32,000 nt of DNA from Halalkalibacterium halodurans (GTDB taxonomy: Bacteria > Bacillota > Bacilli > Bacillales > Bacillaceae_D): the NCBI RefSeq assembly GCF_004376175.1, contig NZ_SNUY01000001.1, positions 1 to 32,000 of the forward strand. Direction: 5' to 3'. A model generated the notes under the pieces. The model was not told the origin of the DNA and did not search any database. It was given only the letters and a program-made list of their open reading frames with translations. Positions 13,154 to 20,949 of the stretch are shown here, in pieces (position 1 is the stretch's first letter; each line of letters begins with the position of its first letter). The translations under genes were made by a program, and so were the position numbers.

Positions 13154-14821
13154 TTAGATCTTCATAACGCCACCTGTGTTGGCGGACGTCACAAGTTTAG
13201 AATAACGAGCTAGATAACCTTTTTTCACCTTCGGCTCTGGCTCGGTCCATCCCTCTTGGCGCTTAGCAATTTCTTCGTCAGATACGAGCCACTCAATCGT
13301 CCGATTCGGTAAATCGATTCGAATCTTATCACCATTTTCGATGAACGCGATCGGTCCGCCTTCTGCCGCTTCCGGTGAAATATGCCCAATGGAGATTCCT
13401 CTTGAAGCTCCGGAAAAGCGTCCATCCGTGATGAGGGCTACCTTGGTTCCTAAACCTCTTCCGATAATGGCTGAGGTTGGCGCCAACATTTCTGGCATTC
13501 CTGGACCGCCTTTAGGCCCTTCGTAGCGAATGACGACCACATGCCCTTCACGGACATCCCCGTTGTTAATTCCTTGCTGCGCTTCTTCTTGGGAATTGTA
13601 GACGATCGCTTCACCTTCAAAAACTTGAATCGAAGGATCAACGGCCCCAACTTTAATGACCGCTCCATTCGGTGCTAGGTTACCAAACAAGATAGACAAA
13701 CCTCCCACTGGGGAGTAAGGATTATCTTTTCGCCTGATGACTACATCATCGGTGATTTCAGCGTCTTTTACATTTTCATAGATGCTTTTGCCTGTAATCG
13801 TGATTCGATCTGGGTGTATCGCACCATCGATCTCGCAAAGTTCTTTAATGATCGCTGCTACTCCGCCTGCATGGTGGACATCGTCCATCGAATAATCGGA
13901 CGCTGGGCTGATCTTACACAAATATGGAACTCGCTCTGCCACTTCATTGATACGATTTAAGTCGTATTCAATCTCGGCTTCATTTGCAATCGCAAGCGTG
14001 TGGAGAACCGTATTTGTTGATCCTCCCATCGCCATATCAAGAGCGAATGCGTCATCGATCGTTTCTTTCGTAATAATGTCGCGAGGACGGATATCTTTTT
14101 CAATTAAGTTCATTAAATGTTTCGCTGCGTCTTTTATTAGCTGGTGCCGTGCCTCAGAAGTTGCAACGATCGTTCCGTTCCCCGGCAATGCCATCCCTAG
14201 CATTTCCATAAGCGAATTCATGGAGTTTGCCGTGAACATCCCGGAACAGGAACCACAGGTTGGACAGGCTGTTTGCTCAATTTCGAGCAACTCTTCCCTT
14301 GTCATTTTTCCTGACGAAAATGCGCCTACTCCTTCAAAAACGGAGGCTAACGATAGGTTCTTTCCGTCTTTTGTACGCCCTGCTTCCATTGGTCCACCTG
14401 ATACGAAGACAGATGGGACATTGGTTCGAACCGATGCCATCAGCATACCTGGCGTAATTTTATCACAGTTTGGAATGAAGAAGACTCCATCAAACCAGTG
14501 TGCATTAATAACGGTTTCTGCTGCATCACAGATGATTTCACGGCTTGGAAGGGAGTACCGCATTCCGATATGACCCATGGCAATTCCATCATCAACGCCA
14601 ATCGTGTTGAACTCAAAAGGAATTCCTCCGGCTTCTCGGATCGCTTCCTTCGCGACCTCAGCAAACTTGTTTAAGTGCATATGACCTGGAATAATATCAA
14701 TGTAAGAGTTACAGACCCCGATAAACGGTTTATCCATCTCCGCTTCTTTGACCCCTGCGGCACGAAGCAGACTTCGATGGGGGGCTCGGTCTATGCCTTT
14801 TTTTATCATGTCACTTCTCAT
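13154..14821 (-). CDS. ilvD: Dihydroxy-acid dehydratase
   Basis: From the ATG at 14821 the protein starts [24 protein letters not shown]. It contains the [11 protein letters not shown] and TDGRFSG motifs. A GGGAG SD lies 8 nt upstream. The track start at 14836 is a GTG inside the SD. Confidence 0.96.
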   Translation of the reverse strand: MRSDMIKKGIDRAPHRSLLRAAGVKEAEMDKPFIGVCNSYIDIIPGHMHLNKFAEVAKEAIREAGGIPFEFNTIGVDDGIAMGHIGMRYSLPSREIICDAAETVINAHWFDGVFFIPNCDKITPGMLMASVRTNVPSVFVSGGPMEAGRTKDGKNLSLASVFEGVGAFSSGKMTREELLEIEQTACPTCGSCSGMFTANSMNSLMEMLGMALPGNGTIVATSEARHQLIKDAAKHLMNLIEKDIRPRDIITKETIDDAFALDMAMGGSTNTVLHTLAIANEAEIEYDLNRINEVAERVPYLCKISPASDYSMDDVHHAGGVAAIIKELCEIDGAIHPDRITITGKSIYENVKDAEITDDVVIRRKDNPYSPVGGLSILFGNLAPNGAVIKVGAVDPSIQVFEGEAIVYNSQEEAQQGINNGDVREGHVVVIRYEGPKGGPGMPEMLAPTSAIIGRGLGTKVALITDGRFSGASRGISIGHISPEAAEGGPIAFIENGDKIRIDLPNRTIEWLVSDEEIAKRQEGWTEPEPKVKKGYLARYSKLVTSANTGGVMKI

Positions 14822-14981
14822 TCTAATCGCTCCCACTGTTGCTTCGTTATCTTCTCTAAGCTCTGCTCTCTCTCCACTTTAAAGCGTTACGCTTTATTCT
14901 ATGTTTTGTGAAAACGAAATAGTCAAAAAATATCCTCTATATACGGACATTTGTTTATCTCGTTTCTGTCTTTTGCTGAAT

Positions 14982-15010
14982 ATAATACGCCTATCTGCCG
15001 CTTCGGTCAA
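14982..15010 (-). promoter_or_regulatory. Sigma-A type promoter for ilvD
   Basis: On the minus strand: TTGACC (15010-15005), a 17-nt spacer, then TATTAT (14987-14982). It lies about 160 nt upstream of the ilvD ATG. Confidence 0.6.
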
Positions 15011-15168
15011 CCACTTTTACAAAAATAATTTGACTATTTCGATTAGTCAGCCCCCTTGATAACGCTTACATGCGCATGGATTCAAGCATCAATGGAACAA
15101 CTCTTTTTTGCTATTTTTTCAAAACATAAAATAAAAAAAACTGGGCAAACTAGTCGTGGTGATGTAAA

Positions 15169-15612
15169 ATGTGGAAACTCACTTGGACAACTTATCGCTC
15201 AAAAAATTTTCCATTCCCTCTCCCTATCGTCCGGCTAAGGCAAACAAAGGTTGGCTCTTTAGTGCTGGTCGAAAATGGACGGATGAAGTGTAAAACTGAG
15301 GAAGAATCAGACTTTTATGAGCTTCTTATTCAAGAAAACTTGTACCCTACCTTGAATTATCATGTCGGAAGCATTCCCGTTCACTTCGCCCTCGTTCCTT
15401 TTAAGCTTGCGCTCATTGAACGTCATTCCCATATGAACGAAAAGCGATTAATGAAACGGTTAAAAAAGAGAAAGTGGGATGTGTTATTTTTTAGTCGAGA
15501 GCGCCTCGCCACAGAGCATGGGCGGCGCCTATTAGTAAACGACATTTATCATCTCCTTTCCCAAAAACCTTCTTTCTCACTGTTTGAAACGAAAAAAGGT
15601 CTCTCCCATTAA
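15169..15612 (+). CDS. Hypothetical protein with a degenerate DUF559 / Vsr-like endonuclease-fold pattern
   Basis: 147-aa ORF with a GGTGAT SD 5 nt upstream. The segment FYELLIQENLYPTLNYHVGSIPVHFALVPFKLALIERHSHMNEKRLMKRLKKRKWDVLFFSRERL follows the DUF559 spacing (E..L...L....Q..VG....DF.....LAIE.DG..H....D..R...L...GW.VLRF). The acidic catalytic positions are replaced (VHF for VDF, ERH for EVDG). This is pattern recognition only. Confidence 0.45.
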   Translation: MWKLTWTTYRSKNFPFPLPIVRLRQTKVGSLVLVENGRMKCKTEEESDFYELLIQENLYPTLNYHVGSIPVHFALVPFKLALIERHSHMNEKRLMKRLKKRKWDVLFFSRERLATEHGRRLLVNDIYHLLSQKPSFSLFETKKGLSH

Positions 15613-16156
15613 TGGACAGGCCTATTTTCGTTTCACTTGTCATACCGCCGCATCGTACCACGATTTTACTAGACGAACAGAGGAAGCACATACTCTGTGC
15701 CATGCCACGTATTGGAGTTGGGATTCTACGTTTCATCTGAACTTTGGTAAATGACGATCGTTTTTCACTAACGACTGTTTTAATGTATGTACTGCTTCTA
15801 AAGCGACTGTTGCAAAGGTACAATTGGCGCCCAACTGCTACGATTTGCTATGTTTAAGATACTGGGCATATGTAGCTAAACTAATATTCTCATTTTTTAA
15901 TGTGAAAGTGTCTGAGAATTCTTTTACTAACATAAAATACTCTTCCATCTATACTTGGGATGATCACGATGTGGTACTTTTAAATTCCATCTTGTATGTA
16001 ATAAATTTTGTCACTTATAAGTAAGTTCTCCTTTCGTTACCGAAATTGGTCTGGCCACCAAGTTCTTTTCTAACGATAGGAGTTTTTTTATCATGAGACC
16101 ACTCTTCTAGACGTTTTATTTTCACAAGTGCAGAGTACGTCGTTTTAGATCTATAT

Positions 16157-16192
16157 TAAAAACAAACCAGTTCTCCAATAATGAGAACCGGT
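16157..16192 (-). terminator. Rho-independent terminator of the DUF4352-like gene
   Basis: On the minus strand AACCGGTTCTC (16192-16182) pairs with GAGAACTGGTT (16174-16164), with one G-U pair and a 7-nt loop, then TGTTTTT. It lies 9 nt after the stop. Confidence 0.75.
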
Positions 16193-16200
16193 TAGCTTTA

Positions 16201-16830
16201 CTATTGAATTTTAATTTCCCCTTGCTGTGTTCCAAAAAACCCGGTTTGTACGTTCAACAAAATATCATCGCTATCAAGCACGTCTTGCGGAACATCAAAT
16301 ACCACTTTACCTGGTAGTTCCAAACCAGGATTTAGCTTAGTAAGGAAAAAGTCAGCACCTTCATTCGCGTAAAGTCCAGCAGAGGAATCAGAATCATATT
16401 CTACATCTCCGACTTTTAATTTAAAGAAAGACGAATCAACCGTAATAGAGTCGCTTCCTTCATTTTTGATTGTTACATCTACAATAAGGAAAGTTCCTTT
16501 CGCCTCTGCAGTAAGAACATCTCCAACACTACCAGCTGTGCTAGTACCATTAGCCGTGAAGACTACATCACCGACTTTTAAAGCTTCACCGAGACCAGCA
16601 ATTGGGTCTTCTTCCTCTGCTGATTCTTCCTCTGTATCTTCTTCTGTGCCTTCAGCCTCTTCTGGCTCCTCAGATTCATTTTCTGATTGATCTGCAGACA
16701 CTTCTTCCGCCTCTGGTTCAGGTTCTTGTGCAGTCTCTGAGGAGTCATCATCTCCTCCTGAAACAGCCGCAAAAATAACAATAACTGCGATTAACCAGAC
16801 CCACCATTTTTTATAAAATGGCTTTTTCGG
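16201..16830 (-). pseudogene. DUF4352-type membrane-anchored extracytoplasmic protein whose 5' end is cut off by the IS insertion
   Basis: The reading frame is open from the IS boundary and reads PKKPFYKKWWVWLIAVIVIFAAVSGGDDDSSETAQEPEPEAEE... That gives a basic stretch, one TM helix and an acidic linker. A beta-rich domain follows (FLIVDVTIKNEGSDSITVDSSFFKLKVGDVEYDSDS..., typical of DUF4352). There is no in-frame ATG/GTG/TTG between the in-frame TGA inside the IS end and the TM helix. The first usable start is the GTG at 16701, which lies after the membrane anchor. Confidence 0.7.
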
Positions 16831-18214
16831 GGTTCTTAGTCAAATGTTGGGGTGGCATAGGAGGGCGAGCCCCTCTTATCCTACCCCGAATGTCTGATGT
16901 TTGAATGGATGATGCAAGAGAATACGGTTTCGCAAGCGATCATAACGCCGAAAACCAAAGGCATTTCTCTTAATCACCTTCGTTTGATTATTCAGTCCTT
17001 CAATAAAACCATTGTTTAAGCCAAACGCGAAGCTATTCAAGATCTCGGTCTGCCAGTTCTTCAGCGTCTGAATGGCTCGGTGGAACTCCTTTAACGGGCT
17101 CGCCTCCACTCTTCGGTAAAAGGCGTAGAGCCCTTGTTTCACCTCGCTCATTCGTCCTTCCCTTCCTTGCATCTTCGCTTCTTGATACCACTGACGAAAA
17201 TGTTCTTTTAGCTCATACGCTTCCCTTAAATCAGGGGATAGCTCTAAGTACCGCTCCACCTTCTTCTTTTGCTTATCATCCAGTCCTTCTCTCTCTTTCT
17301 GAAACAGATGTTTGATCCGTTTACATCGTTTTCGATGATACGGATGGAACGCTTTTTGCACTCGGCGGCGAACCCCTTCCAGAGCCCAGTAGATGTAACG
17401 ACAGAAATGGAACGGATCCCCAATGATGAGCGGGTGGCCTAAGGCCTTTTGAACAGCCGACTTGAAGGTATAACTAAGATCCATCACGACTGTTTTCACA
17501 TGATGACCCTTCTCTTGAAGATATCGTTTAAGCGTATCGGCTTTACGATCCGGTAAGATATCCAGTGGCTTCCGTGTATCTGCATCCGCAATGATCACTT
17601 GATATTTCCCCGCATTCGTATCCCCTTTGTAATCATCAATCGCAATCCGAGGAGGAAGGTGATCCACCTTCTTCACGAGGGGGGCCGCCAATTGATCAAA
17701 CCGGCGCATGGCAGTTGTCACGGACGTTTGGAATTGATTCGCTGTGTCCGTAAAGTTCTTCCCTTGAATGAGCCGTAAGCGAAACGCTTGATTCCATTCT
17801 ACTGTCTGACGCTGATATCGCTCTACAAAACAGGCTTTCTCCGCAAACCGCTTCCCGCATCTGCACGCGTACCGGCGCTTTCGATAGAATCGATACACCC
17901 ACCGTTCAAAGAGCTTGAGATGTTGAACTTTTTGGATGCGGTAATCATGGATTCTCTCGGTTCTCTCCCCGCAGGATGGGCAACGATGAGGCGTTCGCGG
18001 CATTTCTACATGGAGCGCGATAAAGCCCTCTCGTTCCTCCATCTTTGTGACCTTCACACCTTTTAATCCGGGCAAATCCATGGTAAAATTCATCGTACAC
18101 GCAGCTCCTATCCTTTCTTTGTTTCTCGACAATTCAAGGATAATGGATAAAGGAGCCTGCGTGCATTTTTTTTGCCCTCTTTTGTGCAAAAACCCCAACA
18201 TTTATTGTAGAGCC
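16831..18214 (-). mobile_element. Complete ISL3-family insertion sequence (1384 bp)
   Basis: The imperfect terminal inverted repeats are GGTTCTTAGTCAAATGTTGGGGT (16831-16853) and the reverse complement of 18192-18214, GGCTCTACAATAAATGTTGGGGT (17 of 23 identical). It carries a single transposase ORF. A second copy lies at 1-322. The ends are accurate to about 2 nt. No 8-bp direct repeat flanks it. Confidence 0.9.
16876..18093 (-). CDS. ISL3-family transposase (zf-ISL3 plus DDE domain)
   Basis: 405 aa from the ATG at 18093, starting MNFTMDLPGLKGVKVTKMEE.. It has CPSCG..HDYRIQKVQHL...RYACRCGKRFAE (ISL3 zinc ribbon), then IAIDDYKG...VVMDLSYTF...NGFIEGLNNQTKVIKRNAFGFRRYDRLRNRILL (DDE_Tnp_ISL3 C-terminal signature). 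The track start at 18201 lies upstream of the likely SD. Confidence 0.9.
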   Translation of the reverse strand: MNFTMDLPGLKGVKVTKMEEREGFIALHVEMPRTPHRCPSCGERTERIHDYRIQKVQHLKLFERWVYRFYRKRRYACRCGKRFAEKACFVERYQRQTVEWNQAFRLRLIQGKNFTDTANQFQTSVTTAMRRFDQLAAPLVKKVDHLPPRIAIDDYKGDTNAGKYQVIIADADTRKPLDILPDRKADTLKRYLQEKGHHVKTVVMDLSYTFKSAVQKALGHPLIIGDPFHFCRYIYWALEGVRRRVQKAFHPYHRKRCKRIKHLFQKEREGLDDKQKKKVERYLELSPDLREAYELKEHFRQWYQEAKMQGREGRMSEVKQGLYAFYRRVEASPLKEFHRAIQTLKNWQTEILNSFAFGLNNGFIEGLNNQTKVIKRNAFGFRRYDRLRNRILLHHPFKHQTFGVG

Positions 18215-18262
18215 GTATGTTTCAAAAGCAGTATATTCTTCAATCCTCCGTTATTATCCATC

Positions 18263-18301
18263 AAAAAAAGGATGCTTTCACAGTCTGTGATAGCATCCTT
18301 T
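18263..18301 (-). terminator. Rho-independent terminator of the tRNA-Gly/tRNA-Arg operon
   Basis: On the minus strand AAAGGATGCT (18301-18292) and AGCATCCTTT (18276-18267) form a 10-bp stem, followed by TTTT. Confidence 0.75.
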
Positions 18302-18349
18302 ATCTGTTCCATCCCTTGTTGTTACCAAAGGTTACTTTATGTAGCTAAA

Positions 18350-18426
<77 letters not shown>

Positions 18427-18430
18427 TCGA

Positions 18431-18504
18431 TGGAGCGGGTGATGAGAATCGAACTCACGACATCAGCTTGGAAGGCTGAGGTTTTACCACTAAACTACAC
18501 CCGC
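18431..18504 (-). tRNA. tRNA-Gly, anticodon UCC
   Basis: The reverse complement is GCGGGTGTAGTTTAGTGGTAAAACCTCAGCCTTCCAAGCTGATGTCGTGAGTTCGATTCTCATCACCCGCTCCA. It forms a cloverleaf with anticodon loop CTTCCAA, T-loop TTCGATT and an encoded CCA. Confidence 0.95.
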
Positions 18505-18586
18505 ATTAAAGTTGGCTTTCTGAACATTACTTTTTCATGCCTCTTCCTCTTCTAGCTATGCTTTGCAGCCTGATGCGTCGAGGCAA
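18474..18586. repeat. Copy 1 of a tandem duplication: the first 31 nt of tRNA-Gly plus 82 nt of its upstream leader
   Basis: 113 nt that match 18619-18730 except for one missing base in copy 2 (GAACATT vs GAAATT). Confidence 0.95.
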
Positions 18587-18618
18587 CTCGGAGCTTTTTC
18601 GGCAGATGTGTCGCTCGT

Positions 18619-18649
18619 GGCTGAGGTTTTACCACTAAACTACACCCGC
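18619..18649 (-). pseudogene. Truncated tRNA-Gly 5' fragment (acceptor 5' arm, D arm and 5' side of the anticodon stem only)
   Basis: The reverse complement GCGGGTGTAGTTTAGTGGTAAAACCTCAGCC is identical to nt 1-31 of the intact tRNA-Gly. After that it diverges into the joint sequence. No anticodon loop or T arm follows. Confidence 0.9.
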
Positions 18650-18730
18650 ATTAAAGTTGGCTTTCTGAAATTACTTTTTCATGCCTCTTCCTCTTCTAGC
18701 TATGCTTTGCAGCCTGATGCGTCGAGGCAA
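18619..18730. repeat. Copy 2 of the tandem duplication, lying proximal to the promoter
   Basis: It matches 18474-18586. The two copies are separated by the unique 32-nt joint CTCGGAGCTTTTTCGGCAGATGTGTCGCTCGT (18587-18618). Confidence 0.95.
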
Positions 18731-18761
18731 AGTGGCTTCTGATAATACAGCGACCTCTATT

Positions 18762-18790
18762 ATAATAGCGAAAAATAAAATGAATGTCAA
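18762..18790 (-). promoter_or_regulatory. Sigma-A type promoter of the tRNA operon
   Basis: On the minus strand: TTGACA (18790-18785), a 17-nt AT-rich spacer, then TATTAT (18767-18762). Confidence 0.7.
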
Positions 18791-18832
18791 CTAGTTTATT
18801 CCGGAATGGGGAGAAAAAACTTCCCATTCCGG

Positions 18833-19342
18833 TTAACGTAGGTACGTCCGTTGAAGGTCAGTTACTTCATGGCCGTCGCGATCCAAAAATGTGAGTTCGA
18901 TCTGATCGTCTCTCACATATGCAAGACAATACGTTTGTTCTTTCCTGTTTCTCGGCAATCGAAGGCTTCCCGGATTCACAAAAACAATACCGTTTTCTTG
19001 GAAGCTTGTGGCCACATGGGAATGACCGAAGCAAACAAGTTGTGCCCCTACCTCTTCTGCACGATACGTAAGGGAGACGTAATTCATTTTTACGTTGTAT
19101 AAATGGCCATGTGTCACATAAACGTTAAAATCACCTACTGTTTTTATAAAGTCCTCAGGAAAATCAACGCCAAAATCGCAATTCCCTCGAACGATATTCA
19201 TGCCTTCAAGGGCGCGATCGTCTCGGGGTAGTTCAGAATCGCCACAATGGATGATGGCATCCACTTCCTGGCGATGCTTGTCCGCAACCGCCTTTAGTTC
19301 ATCGCTCCAGCCATGACTATCGCTAAGAATTAACAGTTTCAT
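18833..19342 (-). CDS. ysnB: YfcE/YsnB-family metallophosphoesterase
   Basis: From the ATG at 19342 the protein starts MKLLILSDSHG. It contains GDSE, GNCD and THGH..GHSH, the calcineurin-like phosphoesterase motifs. It lies downstream of rdgB as in B. subtilis. Confidence 0.88.
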   Translation of the reverse strand: MKLLILSDSHGWSDELKAVADKHRQEVDAIIHCGDSELPRDDRALEGMNIVRGNCDFGVDFPEDFIKTVGDFNVYVTHGHLYNVKMNYVSLTYRAEEVGAQLVCFGHSHVATSFQENGIVFVNPGSLRLPRNRKEQTYCLAYVRDDQIELTFLDRDGHEVTDLQRTYLR

Positions 19343-19369
19343 CTGGATCACACCCTTTTTGTTCCCCAA

Positions 19370-19954
19370 TTAATCAAGCCACTTATCCAACTGCTTTAAC
19401 GCGTGGTATCGGTGACTTAGCTTGTTTTTCTCTTCCTGCGTCAATTCTGCCATCGTTTTGTCATGGGACGGTACATAAAAAATTGGATCGTACCCAAAGC
19501 CACCCGTTCCTTTTGGCTCTGTTGTGATATACCCTTCACACGTTCCTTCAAACACGATTGTCTCTGCCTGCGGGCGGGCGAGCGCGATGGAGCAATGGAA
19601 GCGTGCAGTTCGCGCTTTCCACGGGATGTCTTGTAATTCGCGAAGGACTTTTTCGATGTTTTTTTGATCATCCTTTTCTTCCCCTGCATACCGAGCAGAG
19701 AAAATGCCCGGACGTCCGTCCAAGGCGTCGATGATTAATCCTGAATCGTCAGCAAGTACAGGCCGTTGAAAACGCTCGGCAATCGCCTCTGCCTTGATTG
19801 TCGCATTTTCATTAAATGTACTTCCCGTTTCTTCGATGTCTTCAATTGCTGGGTAATCGAGAAGTGATTTGACCGAAAACCCTCTCTTACCTAAAATGGC
19901 TTCGAACTCTGCTACCTTGCCCTTATTTTTTGTTGCAACGATCCATTCTTTCAT
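19370..19954 (-). CDS. rdgB: Non-canonical purine NTP pyrophosphatase (RdgB/HAM1 family; YsnA in B. subtilis)
   Basis: 194 aa. The sequence includes [11 protein letters not shown]...[19 protein letters not shown]...GGFGYDPIF...SHR. The ATG overlaps the rph TGA in an ATGA arrangement. Confidence 0.92.
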   Translation of the reverse strand: MKEWIVATKNKGKVAEFEAILGKRGFSVKSLLDYPAIEDIEETGSTFNENATIKAEAIAERFQRPVLADDSGLIIDALDGRPGIFSARYAGEEKDDQKNIEKVLRELQDIPWKARTARFHCSIALARPQAETIVFEGTCEGYITTEPKGTGGFGYDPIFYVPSHDKTMAELTQEEKNKLSHRYHALKQLDKWLD

Positions 19955-20724
19955 GCTTCCGATTGTTCCTTCTTTTTTTGCTTCGCTTCATCCACACGAT
20001 TGGCAATCGCTCCTAATGCATTCCGTTGTGCCTCGATTAATTGCTTAATCCCTTTATCGGCCAAGGCTAAAATCGTAAGCAACTGATTGTGAGAGAAGGT
20101 CGCCTCTTCCCCCGTTCCTTGAAGTTCTACATACTCACCTTTCCCTGTCATGACAACGTTCATATCCACTTCTGCCTGTGCATCTTCAGCGTAGCATAAA
20201 TCAAGGATCGCTCCAAGCTTCGGATCAATCCCAACAGAAACTGCTGCTAGAAAGTCATCAATTGGCCATTCTTGGATCGCTCCATTCGCCAATGCTTTTT
20301 CCATCGCAAGCGAAAGCGCGACAAAGGCGCCTGTAATCGACGTCGTCCGCGTCCCCCCATCTGCCTGGATCACATCACAGTCAATCCACACGGTCCGTTC
20401 ACCGATTTTATCTAAATCAATAATGGATCTCAGCGCTCGTCCAATTAAACGTTGAATTTCCATTGTCCGTCCGCTTACTTTTCCTCTTGTCGACTCACGC
20501 ATGTTCCGTTGCTCAGTCGCACGTGGAAGCATGGAATATTCGGCGGTAATCCAACCTTTGCCTTGCCCTCGTAAAAAAGGAGGAACCCGATCCTCTAAGC
20601 TCGCCGTACAAATAACCTTCGTGTTCCCTATTGAAATTAATACGGAGCCTTCAGGATGGTGTAAGTAGTTGATTTCGATTGAAATGGGCCGCAATTCATC
20701 GGCCTTTCGTTCATCCATTCTCAT
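19951..20724 (-). CDS. rph: Ribonuclease PH
   Basis: From the ATG at 20724 the protein starts [17 protein letters not shown]. It contains [20 protein letters not shown] and [19 protein letters not shown], nearly collinear with B. subtilis Rph. An AAGGAGG SD lies 9 nt upstream. Confidence 0.95.
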   Translation of the reverse strand: MRMDERKADELRPISIEINYLHHPEGSVLISIGNTKVICTASLEDRVPPFLRGQGKGWITAEYSMLPRATEQRNMRESTRGKVSGRTMEIQRLIGRALRSIIDLDKIGERTVWIDCDVIQADGGTRTTSITGAFVALSLAMEKALANGAIQEWPIDDFLAAVSVGIDPKLGAILDLCYAEDAQAEVDMNVVMTGKGEYVELQGTGEEATFSHNQLLTILALADKGIKQLIEAQRNALGAIANRVDEAKQKKKEQSEA

Positions 20725-20863
20725 GTTCTTATTCCTCCTTATCCGCGTGTCCATTCTAGTTTATGTATTCGTATAAAAGAAAAACTTAGCTCATTCATTG
20801 AGCCTTTACTCGCAAAAGTTATCGTTTTTCTGACTTCCGAAAAACGATATCCTTTCCAATCGT

Positions 20864-20894
20864 GCAAAAAGAAAAGGTAGCGCTTCATGCTACC
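20864..20894 (-). terminator. Probable terminator after gerM
   Basis: On the minus strand an AGGTAGC / GCTACCT 7-bp stem with a 7-nt loop is followed by TTTTCTTTTTG. Confidence 0.5.
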
Positions 20895-20949
20895 TCCGTC
20901 CTTATGATTATAATAACCAAAACTCCATTTGTCCAATTCATGAAACGCC

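Noticed and set aside
13947-14573. 208-aa plus-strand ORF antisense to ilvD. Similar long antisense ORFs lie at 5956-6423 (in leuC), 11552-11936 (in ilvB), 21626-21925 (in gerM) and 23454-23852 (in ptsI)
   Set aside because: They are shadow frames opposite well-supported conserved genes. Their composition mirrors the codon bias of the sense gene. None has a ribosome-binding site.
15491-15823. 110-aa minus-strand ORF (MYLCNSRFRSST...)
   Set aside because: It overlaps the 3' end of the DUF559-like ORF and the nested hairpin. It has no SD and odd Cys/Arg/Ser-rich composition. It lies in the decayed AT-rich block and is treated as non-coding.
15824-16024. 66-aa plus-strand ORF in the AT-rich block
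   Set aside because: It has a non-ATG start and no SD. It is a low-complexity, AT-driven frame (Phe/Asn/Tyr/Ile/Lys-rich) and is most likely fortuitous.
16466-16781. Alternative-frame ORFs at 16466-16690 (plus strand) and 16578-16781 (minus strand) over the acidic linker of the DUF4352 gene
   Set aside because: They are products of the GAA/GAG-rich repetitive linker, which stays open in several frames. The frame giving the TM helix and the DUF4352 domain is the only coherent one.
16823-18222. Search for the 8-bp target-site duplication expected for an ISL3 element
   Set aside because: The flanking octamers (TTTTTCGG and GTATGTTT) do not match, even when the ends are shifted by 1-2 nt. No TSD is therefore claimed. 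The absence is reported as a finding instead.
18527-18538. Mini-ORF ATG AAA AAG TAA preceded by AGGAAGAGG in the tRNA leader, duplicated in the second repeat copy
   Set aside because: It has only three codons and lies inside a tRNA precursor leader. I have no reason to think it is translated. It is noted only because the SD-like spacing is striking.
20739-20936. 65-aa minus-strand ORF between gerM and rph
   Set aside because: It spans the gerM terminator hairpin and the rph promoter region. It has no SD and no recognisable sequence features.
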